A stretch of DNA of 64,000 bases. Source: Bacteroidota bacterium (GTDB taxonomy: Bacteria; Bacteroidota; Bacteroidia; JABDFU01). A program made the translations under genes and the position numbers. This document shows, piece by piece, positions 28,814 to 36,604 of this stretch. How positions within the stretch are numbered: the stretch's first letter is position 1; every line of letters starts with the position of its first letter. Below the pieces are notes generated by a model. That model was given only the letters and a program-made list of their open reading frames with translations. It made no database searches and was not told the DNA's origin. The stretch is from contig JABDFG010000008.1 in NCBI GenBank assembly GCA_013286655.1, positions 413 to 64,412 of the forward strand, written 5' to 3'.

Positions 28814-28966
28814 TTAATAACAGTGTGTACTGCAACCAGCACTATTAGTAGGAGCTCCTATATTAGATAAATTTCCACCCTTCAGACTACTCATTTGCTC
28901 ATTATTTAATTTTGCTACAACTTCTTTTTTTAAACCCAGCTTTTTTTCAAATTTGATCTTTTTCAT
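28814..28966 (-). CDS. double-glycine-leader precursor peptide 1 (lanthipeptide/bacteriocin-like), 50 aa
   Basis: MKKIKFEKKLGLKKEVVAKLNNEQMSSLKGG | NLSNIGAPTNSAGCSTHCY. The start was chosen by alignment with the two paralogs. The longer ORF-track start at 29026 would swallow the conserved 5' motif. Confidence 0.75.
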   Translation of the reverse strand: MKKIKFEKKLGLKKEVVAKLNNEQMSSLKGGNLSNIGAPTNSAGCSTHCY

Positions 28967-28990
28967 GTCAATTGGTTTTAAATTAGTTTT

Positions 28991-29009
28991 CTTCAGAATG
29001 CTGTTGCCC
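28991..29009 (-). promoter_or_regulatory. conserved 5'-leader motif GGGCAACAGCATTCTGAAG (copy 1)
   Basis: Preceded by TAAATTTG (TAnnTTTG -7 box). The same motif lies upstream of all three peptide genes. Confidence 0.4.
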
Positions 29010-29461
29010 AAATTTATGATGTCCAACGGCTATAATTTTTTTTTGTTACATTTTTATATTAGATCCCATAAATAAATATCTAAATGACTGATTAACAATC
29101 AAATAAATTTAAAACATTAACAATACCTGAGAGCCAAAATCCTTTGTTTAAAATAAAACTTACTGAAATAAAATAAGGATTTGAATAGTCAGGAGGTCAT
29201 TTTTTCCAAAATCCAATGATATAATTTCAGAAATTATCTTTTGGGACAGATAATATATATAGCTAAATATGGAAAAGTCTGCTGTCCAGTTTAATTATTG
29301 GGCAGCTACTTTCCATTCTTCTATATCATCTACCAAATGTGCAATATCATACCATTTGAAACCAATATTGTTGATCCATTCACCTATGAATTTCCTGTTT
29401 TGGCTTATATGACTAGAAAACTTTTGAAATCATTGGATGTTGTTTACGTCGGGATGTTCCT

Positions 29462-29629
29462 TTAACATCCACCACTTGTACCACAAGTGCACGTGTCACA
29501 TTGTTTTAAACGACTACTCACATACAGTATTCCTCCATTAACAACATTCATTTCTGTATTGTTTAGGTTTGCTACCGTTTCTTTCTTCAAACGCAGTTTC
29601 TTTTCAAATTTTACTTTTTTCATTTTCAT
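29462..29629 (-). CDS. double-glycine-leader precursor peptide 2, 55 aa (not in ORF track)
   Basis: Manual translation: MKMKKVKFEKKLRLKKETVANLNNTEMNVVNGG | ILYVSSRLKQCDTCTCGTSGGC-stop. The leader is paralogous to peptides 1 and 3. Confidence 0.7.
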   Translation of the reverse strand: MKMKKVKFEKKLRLKKETVANLNNTEMNVVNGGILYVSSRLKQCDTCTCGTSGGC

Positions 29630-29648
29630 TTTAATAATTTCATTTATT

Positions 29649-29667
29649 CTTCAGTTTGCTGTTGCCC
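29649..29667 (-). promoter_or_regulatory. conserved 5'-leader motif GGGCAACAGCAAACTGAAG (copy 2)
   Basis: Same position relative to the ATG as copies 1 and 3. Confidence 0.4.
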
Positions 29668-29944
29668 AATTGTTTTTAATATAAAGCTATCACTGCAACG
29701 AGCAGATGTCAAATCAAAATATGTTCATTATGAATCGTCCAAATATTATATTCAAATAGGTTTTTTTCTTTTTAAGGTAAATAATACATAAATACAGCCA
29801 TTTTTCAGCAAAAAAATTTCACAAATCGGTTCTATTATTAATTGCCCAAAAATTCATCTTGGGTTTTACATAAGAATCTGGAATGGTAATGCGGGGCTAG
29901 GAATACACATTTAAACCACAAAGCTCACAAGCTAACTTGTACAG

Positions 29945-30043
29945 ATGAAAGCTTTTTGTGCTGCAATCTTTTTAGCTGTTCTTTCTGTAACTGCTTTTGC
30001 ACAGAGTGATTATTACTTCATTTATTCAGGCAAAATGCTTTAG
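29945..30043 (+). pseudogene. truncated secreted-protein gene remnant (signal peptide only)
   Basis: MKAFCAAIFLAVLSVTAFAQSDYYFIYSGKML-stop. Protein-like text continues in another frame (GHDSVVSGTTQGKVFISAGVGSNTW..). Confidence 0.3.
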
Positions 30044-30254
30044 GTCATGATTCTGTAGTTTCCGGAACAACCCAAGGGAAAGTGTTTATTAGTGCCGGTG
30101 TTGGAAGTAATACATGGAGAGATTGGAATAGGCATATGTTATAGAAGGAGGTGTGTGTTTTGTCTTCTCCTGCAAAAAGTAACTGCATTGCGGGTAAGAG
30201 CCCTGAGAAATTAGGGCACTTATTTACAAACACTGAAAACAACTTAATTGATCA

Positions 30255-30291
30255 AAAAGCAGCAAAAGACCGGGTTTATGGCCTGGTCTTT
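30255..30291 (-). terminator. rho-independent terminator of peptide gene 3
   Basis: On the minus strand, stem AAAGACC / GGTCTTT is followed by TTTTGCTGCTTTTT. Confidence 0.55.
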
Positions 30292-30339
30292 CGTTTACTT
30301 CATTGGTGAGTTAAGAGTGATAATGCCAATTTTACACTT

Positions 30340-30546
30340 TTAGGAACAACTTACGTTTGTGAGGGTATGATGGCAATTCTGCCCGTATACCGTATGGCAG
30401 TTAAGAGATGGGCTGGTGTTGTTAGAGCAGCCACCGACCGTTTGTAAAGTATCTCCTCCTTTAAGGCTGTTCAATTCGCTATTGTTTAATGGTGATACGG
30501 TTTCTTTTTTTAAACTAAGCTTTTTTTCAAATTTCAACGTTTTCAT
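30340..30546 (-). CDS. double-glycine-leader precursor peptide 3, 68 aa
   Basis: MKTLKFEKKLSLKKETVSPLNNSELNSLKGG | DTLQTVGGCSNNTSPSLNCHTVYGQNCHHTLTNVSCS. Confidence 0.75.
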   Translation of the reverse strand: MKTLKFEKKLSLKKETVSPLNNSELNSLKGGDTLQTVGGCSNNTSPSLNCHTVYGQNCHHTLTNVSCS

Positions 30547-30569
30547 TTTTATAGTTTTTAAGTTAGTTC

Positions 30570-30588
30570 CTTCAGTCTGCTGTCGCCC
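30570..30588 (-). promoter_or_regulatory. conserved 5'-leader motif GGGCGACAGCAGACTGAAG (copy 3)
   Basis: Same position relative to the ATG as copies 1 and 2. Confidence 0.4.
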
Positions 30589-30868
30589 ATTTACTTAGTA
30601 TGTTTCTGAATATAATTACTTCAAAAATAAAGTAAAGTTTTTTGTATGGCGATTAAACATATACTAACGTGTTAAACTTTCAACTTCCATTTTATTTGTC
30701 AATTATATCATAATTATATCTATTAATCGGATATTTTTGCATAAAATCCTGATATTAATGTTAGTATTCCAGTATATTATTTAATTGTCTTTGGGGTGAT
30801 AAGTTAATGAAAAACATACTGGATTTAAGTAAAAATCCGGAATGGCAGGAGATACTTTACGGGGCTAC

Positions 30869-33340
30869 TTACTCCTGATAATAAACTCTTTTCACCCTCC
30901 TGGATATGGCTGTTAGTATTTCATAGGGAATCGTTTCGCAGTCTTTTGCAAATTGTGTAATAGGGTATTCTTTTCCAAACACGATTACTTCATCGCCTTC
31001 TTTGGCAGAAAGGGTGCTGATATCGATCATGCACATATCCATGCAGACGTTTCCAACGATGGGCGCCGCTATTCCGTTTATCAATAACCGGCCTTTGCCG
31101 TTGCTGAGTTTACGGCTCAACCCGTCAGCATAACCTATTGGAACAGTAGCGATGCACATCGCTTTTTTTGCGATGTAGCTACGGTTATAGCCAACACTTT
31201 CGCCAGCCTGAATCGTTTTAATCTGAGAGATCGTTGTTTTAAGCGTGTTCGCAAATTCGAGGTGCTTCTGTTCCTTTTCGTCCCAGCCAATTCCGTAGAG
31301 TCCGATTCCCAAACGGACCATATCAAACTGGGCTTGTGAAAAACGGCTGATGCCGGCTGAGTTGAGAAGATGGCTTAGTACAGGATAGCCGAGCTCAGAA
31401 ATGATTATTTCGCGCATACGATCAAAGCGGGCAATTTGGTTCTGTGTAAAATCATCCTGACTGACATCATCTGCGGATGACAAGTGGGAAAAGACCGAAC
31501 GCACCTGGATCGTTTTGTTCTCTTTTAAAAATACAATGAGTTGCTCGAGTTCCTCTTCTTCAAAGCCCAAGCGGTGCATGCCGGTTTCCAGCTTCAGATG
31601 TATGGGTATTGATCTGCCGGAACCAGGAGGTAAACGGCGCCTGACGGCTTCGTTGAACAGGCGGATGATGCGCATTGAGAAAATTTCCGGCTCCAGGCCG
31701 TGTTCGATCATCGCGTCATAGCTTTGTTCTTCGGGATTCATGACCATAATAGGTAAGGTAATTCCTGCTTTGCGAAGTTCAACACCTTCGTCTCCGTAAG
31801 CTACGGCCAGGTAATCGACATGCTGGAACTGAAGAATATTGGCGATTTCGTAGCTCCCGCTTCCATAAGAGGACGCTTTCACCATTGCCATTACTTTTGT
31901 TGTGGGTTTTAGCCTGGAGCGGAAGTAATTCAGGTTATGGACGACTGCATTCAGATTGATCTCCAGGACGGTTTCATGCGACTTTTGCTGCAACTGCCGG
32001 GCGATTTGTTCAAAACCGAAGGTTCTGGCTCCCTTGATCAGGATCGCTTCATTCTGGAAACCCTGGCCTCCGAAAACCTGTAAAAATTGTTCGGTACTTT
32101 CGAAAAAATGTTTGTCGATTGTGAAATAGTGAGATTGCCGTTCGATGGATTTTCCGATTCCGATGAGCCGGTGGATACCCTTTGTTTCCAGGAGTTGAGC
32201 AACTTCCTTGTATAGGATGGTCTCTTCCTTTCCGCTTTGTAGAATATCGGAGAGAATGATGGTCTTCTTAATGTGTTGCTTTTGCTGGTTTAAAAAATCA
32301 AGTGCAATCGTCAGCGAGCCCAGGTCTGAATTATAACTGTCGTTAATGATCAGACAGTTGTTAATACCTTCCTTCATTTCGAGCCGCATCGCAACCGGAA
32401 TCAGGTTTAACATGCGTGTCCGGATAAGATCATTTTCATAGCCCAGCCGAAGCAGGACGATCCAGCAATGGATGGCATTCTCGATGGAACCCTCGTCTGT
32501 GAAGGGTATCGTAATCGTTGAACGAGTGCCCGATTGGCTGGTACTTTCCAGTAAGGTATCTTTTTCGTTTTTCTTTATCCGGATAAAATAATCTACGTTC
32601 GGGTTGATTTTGCTCCAGCGAACGAATTCATGACAAGTTACAGAGCCTGTGTTATTAGCTATGTCCGGGTAATCGGCACAGTAAATGAGGGTGGTAGCCT
32701 GGTTGAAGAGTTTTAACTTTTCGAGCGTTTTGTGTGAATGATTTTGAAAATTTTCGTCATGAGCCTCCCGGAGATTAGTGATCAGACCAATAGTAGGTTG
32801 AATGATGGCTGCGAGCTTTCCCATTTCGCCGGGTTTAGAGATACCGGCTTCAAATATTCCAAGCTCATTTTCCGGCCGGAGCTGCCACACGGAAAGTGGC
32901 ACTCCAACCTGGGAATTATAACTTTTTGGGCTGCGCACGATGTTTTTATCCTCCCGCAGGAGTTGAAATAGCCATTCCTTGACGACCGTTTTCCCATTGC
33001 TGCCGGTTATGCCAATAACGGGAATTGTAAACTGTCTGCGGTGATAGGCCGCTAATTGCTGCAGGGCACTAATGGTATCAGCAACTTTTATAAAACACGC
33101 ATCCGGATAGTTCGCAATTTGTTCAGGATTTTGTTCAACGACAAAGTTACGGACTCCCTTTTCGTAAAGTTCTGCAATAAATTTATGTCCGTCCTGCCGT
33201 TCTCCTTTAATGGCGAAAAATAACGCGTTGCCGGCTGATGAAGCGCTGCGGCTATCAATAATAATGGAAAGAATGGTAGTATCACTTTTTCCGGTAACGG
33301 AGCCTTGTATTATTTCGGCTATTTGTCTGGAGGTATACAT
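30869..33340 (-). CDS. murF: bifunctional UDP-N-acetylmuramoyl-tripeptide--D-alanyl-D-alanine ligase / alanine racemase
   Basis: N-terminal Mur ligase (GITGSNGKT). C-terminal alanine racemase (AMVKASSYGSG PLP-lysine motif, ..GYADG..). 823 aa. Confidence 0.9.
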   Translation of the reverse strand: MYTSRQIAEIIQGSVTGKSDTTILSIIIDSRSASSAGNALFFAIKGERQDGHKFIAELYEKGVRNFVVEQNPEQIANYPDACFIKVADTISALQQLAAYHRRQFTIPVIGITGSNGKTVVKEWLFQLLREDKNIVRSPKSYNSQVGVPLSVWQLRPENELGIFEAGISKPGEMGKLAAIIQPTIGLITNLREAHDENFQNHSHKTLEKLKLFNQATTLIYCADYPDIANNTGSVTCHEFVRWSKINPNVDYFIRIKKNEKDTLLESTSQSGTRSTITIPFTDEGSIENAIHCWIVLLRLGYENDLIRTRMLNLIPVAMRLEMKEGINNCLIINDSYNSDLGSLTIALDFLNQQKQHIKKTIILSDILQSGKEETILYKEVAQLLETKGIHRLIGIGKSIERQSHYFTIDKHFFESTEQFLQVFGGQGFQNEAILIKGARTFGFEQIARQLQQKSHETVLEINLNAVVHNLNYFRSRLKPTTKVMAMVKASSYGSGSYEIANILQFQHVDYLAVAYGDEGVELRKAGITLPIMVMNPEEQSYDAMIEHGLEPEIFSMRIIRLFNEAVRRRLPPGSGRSIPIHLKLETGMHRLGFEEEELEQLIVFLKENKTIQVRSVFSHLSSADDVSQDDFTQNQIARFDRMREIIISELGYPVLSHLLNSAGISRFSQAQFDMVRLGIGLYGIGWDEKEQKHLEFANTLKTTISQIKTIQAGESVGYNRSYIAKKAMCIATVPIGYADGLSRKLSNGKGRLLINGIAAPIVGNVCMDMCMIDISTLSAKEGDEVIVFGKEYPITQFAKDCETIPYEILTAISRRVKRVYYQE

Positions 33341-33918
33341 TATTTTTTCACCGAACTGTTAAAACAATTTCTGCACAGGGCCTCGTAATTGTCCTTTCCC
33401 CCCAGCAATACCAGGTTCTTCTTTTTTTCTTTGCGATAGGAATGACTGGCAAGATCACCACAACGCATACAGATGGCATGTACCTTGGTTACATATTCTG
33501 CGCGTGCCATCAATGCAGGCATTGGGCCGAAGGGTTTTCCATTGTAGTCCATGTCTAATCCCGCGATGATAATGCGTATACCTTTACGGGCTAATTTTTC
33601 ACAAACTTTCGGAAGTCCCTTGTCAAAAAACTGAGCTTCGTCTATACCTAAAACGTCCACCTGTCCGACTTTCTCGAAAATTTCTTTGGAATCTTTTACC
33701 GGTATGGCTTTGATTTCAGTTGCGTCGTGTGACACCACATTGTCCTTGTGGTAGCGTATGTCTATTATGGGTTTAACTATTTCAACTTTAAGCCGGGCTA
33801 TCCGGGCCCGTTTTAATCGTCGGATCAGCTCTTCCGTTTTACCGGAAAACATAGATCCACAGACAACTTCGATGCAGCCTTTTCGGAATAAAGAGGAAGT
33901 CGTGTTTTCGATGAACAT
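33340..33918 (-). CDS. tdk: thymidine kinase
   Basis: GSMFSGKTEELIRR P-loop. C-terminal zinc ribbon C..C...C..C. Its stop overlaps the murF-alr start (TAATG). Confidence 0.9.
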   Translation of the reverse strand: MFIENTTSSLFRKGCIEVVCGSMFSGKTEELIRRLKRARIARLKVEIVKPIIDIRYHKDNVVSHDATEIKAIPVKDSKEIFEKVGQVDVLGIDEAQFFDKGLPKVCEKLARKGIRIIIAGLDMDYNGKPFGPMPALMARAEYVTKVHAICMRCGDLASHSYRKEKKKNLVLLGGKDNYEALCRNCFNSSVKK

Positions 33919-33930
33919 GAGTATTTATGT

Positions 33931-34059
33931 AATTAGCGAGTAGCCAATAGCGAATAGCCAGTAGCGAATAGCCAGTAGGGAAAAAGGTCTCTGATCATAA
34001 ATACAACTAAACCATATTTAATAGTACCCCTATTCGCTATCGGCTATTCACTATTCGCT
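33931..34059. repeat. heptad-repeat palindromic element, locus A
   Basis: Seven tandem NANTAGC heptads (33931-33980). About 46 nt of spacer. About four inverted heptads GCTATNN (34027-34059). Confidence 0.8.
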
Positions 34060-34155
34060 TTTGTTACCCTTTCAACATTTTAAAGTTAACAAAAGAAACG
34101 ATCGGCTTCCTTGTCAACAAGGGATAGCAGTATTTTTGGATAAATTTTTTTCGCG

Positions 34156-34686
34156 ATGGAAAAACTTATCGTAGACGATGATCTGTATCTTTCTCCTCCT
34201 ACAGACGCGGATAAGGAAGCACTCGTCAGTCACCTGAATGATGAAGAGATTTACCGGTATACTTTGCGCATTCCATATCCCTACACGCATAAAGATGCCC
34301 AGGATTTTTTGAATTTGTGCAGGGATCAACGCAAACAATACGGGCGTAACCTTCATTGGCTTATCCGGAGAACAAATGGAGAGGCGATCGGCTGTATAGG
34401 TTTTCATTTAAGCTTTGGCACGGATTCGCACCGGGATGAACTGGGTTATTGGATGGCCAGATCTTACCGTGGTTACGGATTTATGACAAAATCGATTAAA
34501 AAATTTTGTGAATATGGCTTTAGCTATATCGGTCTGATAAGGATAGAGGCCGTCCTCTTTGACGATAACAAAGCCTCACAGCGTGTTTTGGAGAAAAACG
34601 AATTTAAATATGAAGGATTAATGAAGAAAATACATGAGAAAAAAGGAAAGTATTTTGATGGTCGAATGTATGCACTTGTAAAATAA
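34156..34686 (+). CDS. GNAT-family N-acetyltransferase (RimJ/RimL-like)
   Basis: YRGYGFMTKSIKKF acetyl-CoA motif. N-terminal LSPPTDADKEAL pattern and C-terminal NKASQRVLEKNEFKYEG. Confidence 0.75.
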   Translation: MEKLIVDDDLYLSPPTDADKEALVSHLNDEEIYRYTLRIPYPYTHKDAQDFLNLCRDQRKQYGRNLHWLIRRTNGEAIGCIGFHLSFGTDSHRDELGYWMARSYRGYGFMTKSIKKFCEYGFSYIGLIRIEAVLFDDNKASQRVLEKNEFKYEGLMKKIHEKKGKYFDGRMYALVK

Positions 34687-34722
34687 TAGTATATTTGTGC
34701 CCAAACAAAAAAACAATCAACT

Positions 34723-34917
34723 ATGAAAAAATTAGCAACAATCCTTGCAGTAGCGATTTTCGCAGTATCTGTAAGCGCACAAACAACTCCTGCAGCACCT
34801 GCAAAAGATGCTAAAACAGCAACTCCTGCTAAAACAGACAAGAAAGCCGCTAAAAAAGGCACTCCTGCTGACACAAAGAAGGATGACAAGAAAGCAGCTC
34901 CAGCTCCTACAAAATAA
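34723..34917 (+). CDS. small secreted Lys/Ala/Pro/Thr-rich protein
   Basis: Signal peptide MKKLATILAVAIFAVSVSAQ, then a low-complexity basic tail. A strong terminator follows. Confidence 0.5.
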   Translation: MKKLATILAVAIFAVSVSAQTTPAAPAKDAKTATPAKTDKKAAKKGTPADTKKDDKKAAPAPTK

Positions 34918-34943
34918 GAGCGAGTCTTAATTCTTTAAGAAAC

Positions 34944-34976
34944 AAAACCTCCCTTTAAGGGAGGTTTTTGTTTTTA
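34944..34976 (+). terminator. rho-independent terminator
   Basis: AACCTCCC / GGGAGGTT stem followed by a T-run. Confidence 0.8.
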
Positions 34977-35044
34977 GCAGCAGGCCGTATTCCCATTATT
35001 TTCCCGGATTTTGTTAATTTAAGCTATATATATACCTTGCAGGC

Positions 35045-36589
35045 ATGAAGAATAAAACAGAATTACTGAACGGAAAAATAGCTGAAGCACAATTGGGCGG
35101 TGGACAGGTTCGTATCGATTCCCAGCATAAAAAAAAGAAATTAACTGCACGTGAACGATTACATTTATTGTTGGATGAAGGCTCGTTTGAAGAAATTGGA
35201 ATGTTTGTTACCCACCGGTCAAATGAATTTGGGCTTGAAGGGGAAAAGTATTTAGGGGATGGGGTGGTAACCGGTTTTGGGAATGTCAATGGACGTCTGG
35301 TATATGTATTTTCACAGGACTTCACTGTTTTTGGAGGTTCTTTATCGGAAACACATGCTGAAAAGATCTGCCGCATTATGGATCTGGCTATGAAAAACGG
35401 AGCTCCCCTGATTGGCCTGAACGATAGTGGAGGTGCCCGTATTCAGGAGGGAGTTGTTTCTCTGGGAGGCTATGCAGATATATTTTACAGGAATACCCTT
35501 GCATCGGGTGTGATCCCTCAGCTCTCGGCTATTATGGGACCTTGTGCAGGTGGTGCAGTATATTCCCCCGCCATTACCGATTTTGTCCTGATGGTCGAAA
35601 ACACTTCCTATATGTTTGTTACCGGACCAAACGTGGTAAAAACGGTGACACATGAAGAAGTTAGCTCAGAAGAATTAGGCGGAGCCTCGGCGCATTCTGT
35701 TAAATCAGGAGTTACCCATTTTTCTTCTGCAAATGAACTGGAATGTATTCAGACGATAAAACGTTTGCTGAGTTATATGCCGCAAAATTGTGAAGATCCG
35801 GCACCTATCTTGGAATATGAAATCAAAGGAAGTGAAAAACGTCCGCAGCTCAGCGCTATTTTACCTGAAAATACGAATCAGCCTTATGATATGCGGGAGG
35901 TGATCGAGGGGGTAATTGATGAAGAATCCTTTTGTGAGGTGCATAAAAATTTTGCAGAAAACATTGTTGTGGGCTTTGCCCGTCTTGCAGGAAAAAGTAT
36001 TGGCATTGTAGCGAATCAGCCGGCTTACCTGGCGGGTGTACTGGATATTAAGTCCTCCACTAAAGCAGGTCGTTTTGTGCGGTTTTGCGATTGTTTTAAT
36101 ATTCCCTTGCTGGTGTTTGAAGATGTACCCGGTTTTCTGCCGGGTACCGATCAGGAATGGAACGGCATTATTTCCAATGGGGCTAAATTACTCTACGCTT
36201 TTTGCGAGGCTACGGTTCCCCGTATTACTGTTATTACGCGCAAAGCCTATGGTGGCGCATACGACGTGATGAACAGTAAACACATAGGTGCGGATATGAA
36301 TTATGCCTGGCCAAGCGCCGAGATCGCAGTGATGGGTGCCAAAGGCGCAGCGGAAATTATTTTCAAAAAGGAAATTGCGGAAGCGAAGAATCCGGAAGCT
36401 AAATTGAAAGAAAAAGAACAGGAATACATGGATCATTTTGCGAATCCTTACCGTGCTGCGGAACGTGGATACATAGACGAAGTTATCTTACCGGAAGATA
36501 CCCGGAATAAACTGATCCGGGCTTTTAAGATGCTGGAAAACAAAGTGGATAAACTGCCACGTAAAAAGCATGGGAATATACCCTTGTAA
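35045..36589 (+). CDS. acyl-CoA carboxylase carboxyltransferase (beta) subunit, propionyl-CoA/methylmalonyl-CoA type
   Basis: 514 aa. Carboxyltransferase motifs [21 protein letters not shown] and [11 protein letters not shown]. Confidence 0.85.
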   Translation: MKNKTELLNGKIAEAQLGGGQVRIDSQHKKKKLTARERLHLLLDEGSFEEIGMFVTHRSNEFGLEGEKYLGDGVVTGFGNVNGRLVYVFSQDFTVFGGSLSETHAEKICRIMDLAMKNGAPLIGLNDSGGARIQEGVVSLGGYADIFYRNTLASGVIPQLSAIMGPCAGGAVYSPAITDFVLMVENTSYMFVTGPNVVKTVTHEEVSSEELGGASAHSVKSGVTHFSSANELECIQTIKRLLSYMPQNCEDPAPILEYEIKGSEKRPQLSAILPENTNQPYDMREVIEGVIDEESFCEVHKNFAENIVVGFARLAGKSIGIVANQPAYLAGVLDIKSSTKAGRFVRFCDCFNIPLLVFEDVPGFLPGTDQEWNGIISNGAKLLYAFCEATVPRITVITRKAYGGAYDVMNSKHIGADMNYAWPSAEIAVMGAKGAAEIIFKKEIAEAKNPEAKLKEKEQEYMDHFANPYRAAERGYIDEVILPEDTRNKLIRAFKMLENKVDKLPRKKHGNIPL

Positions 36590-36604
36590 TAAAAATACAT
36601 TAGT

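Noticed and set aside
28967-29026. N-terminal extension of the ORF-track entry 28814..29026 (MDIINLGNSILKKTNLKPID...)
   Set aside because: The two paralogous peptides start at the MKK/MKT position. The extension would translate through the conserved 19-nt 5' motif and the TAAATTTG -7-like box, so it is most likely 5' UTR.
29452-29470. Hairpin GGATGTT-ccttt-AACATCC at the 3' end of peptide gene 2 as a terminator
   Set aside because: The stem includes the stop codon and is not followed by a T-tract on the minus strand. It is too weak to call an intrinsic terminator.
29487-29684. Plus-strand ORFs 29487..29684 and 30416..30598
   Set aside because: Their Phe/Ser-rich low-complexity text is the antisense reading of the Lys/Glu-rich leaders of the minus-strand precursor peptides.
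33338-33342. TAATG stop/start overlaps (tdk/murF-alr at 33340, fumC/OMP gene at 53083) as something special
   Set aside because: One-nucleotide and four-nucleotide overlaps are ordinary translational coupling in compact bacterial operons.
33931-34059. Could the heptad repeats be a CRISPR array or a minisatellite?
   Set aside because: The units are 7 nt long and directly abutting, with no unique spacers. Arrays occur in inverted pairs, and no cas genes are present. This is not CRISPR-like, so they are reported instead as a REP-like palindromic family.
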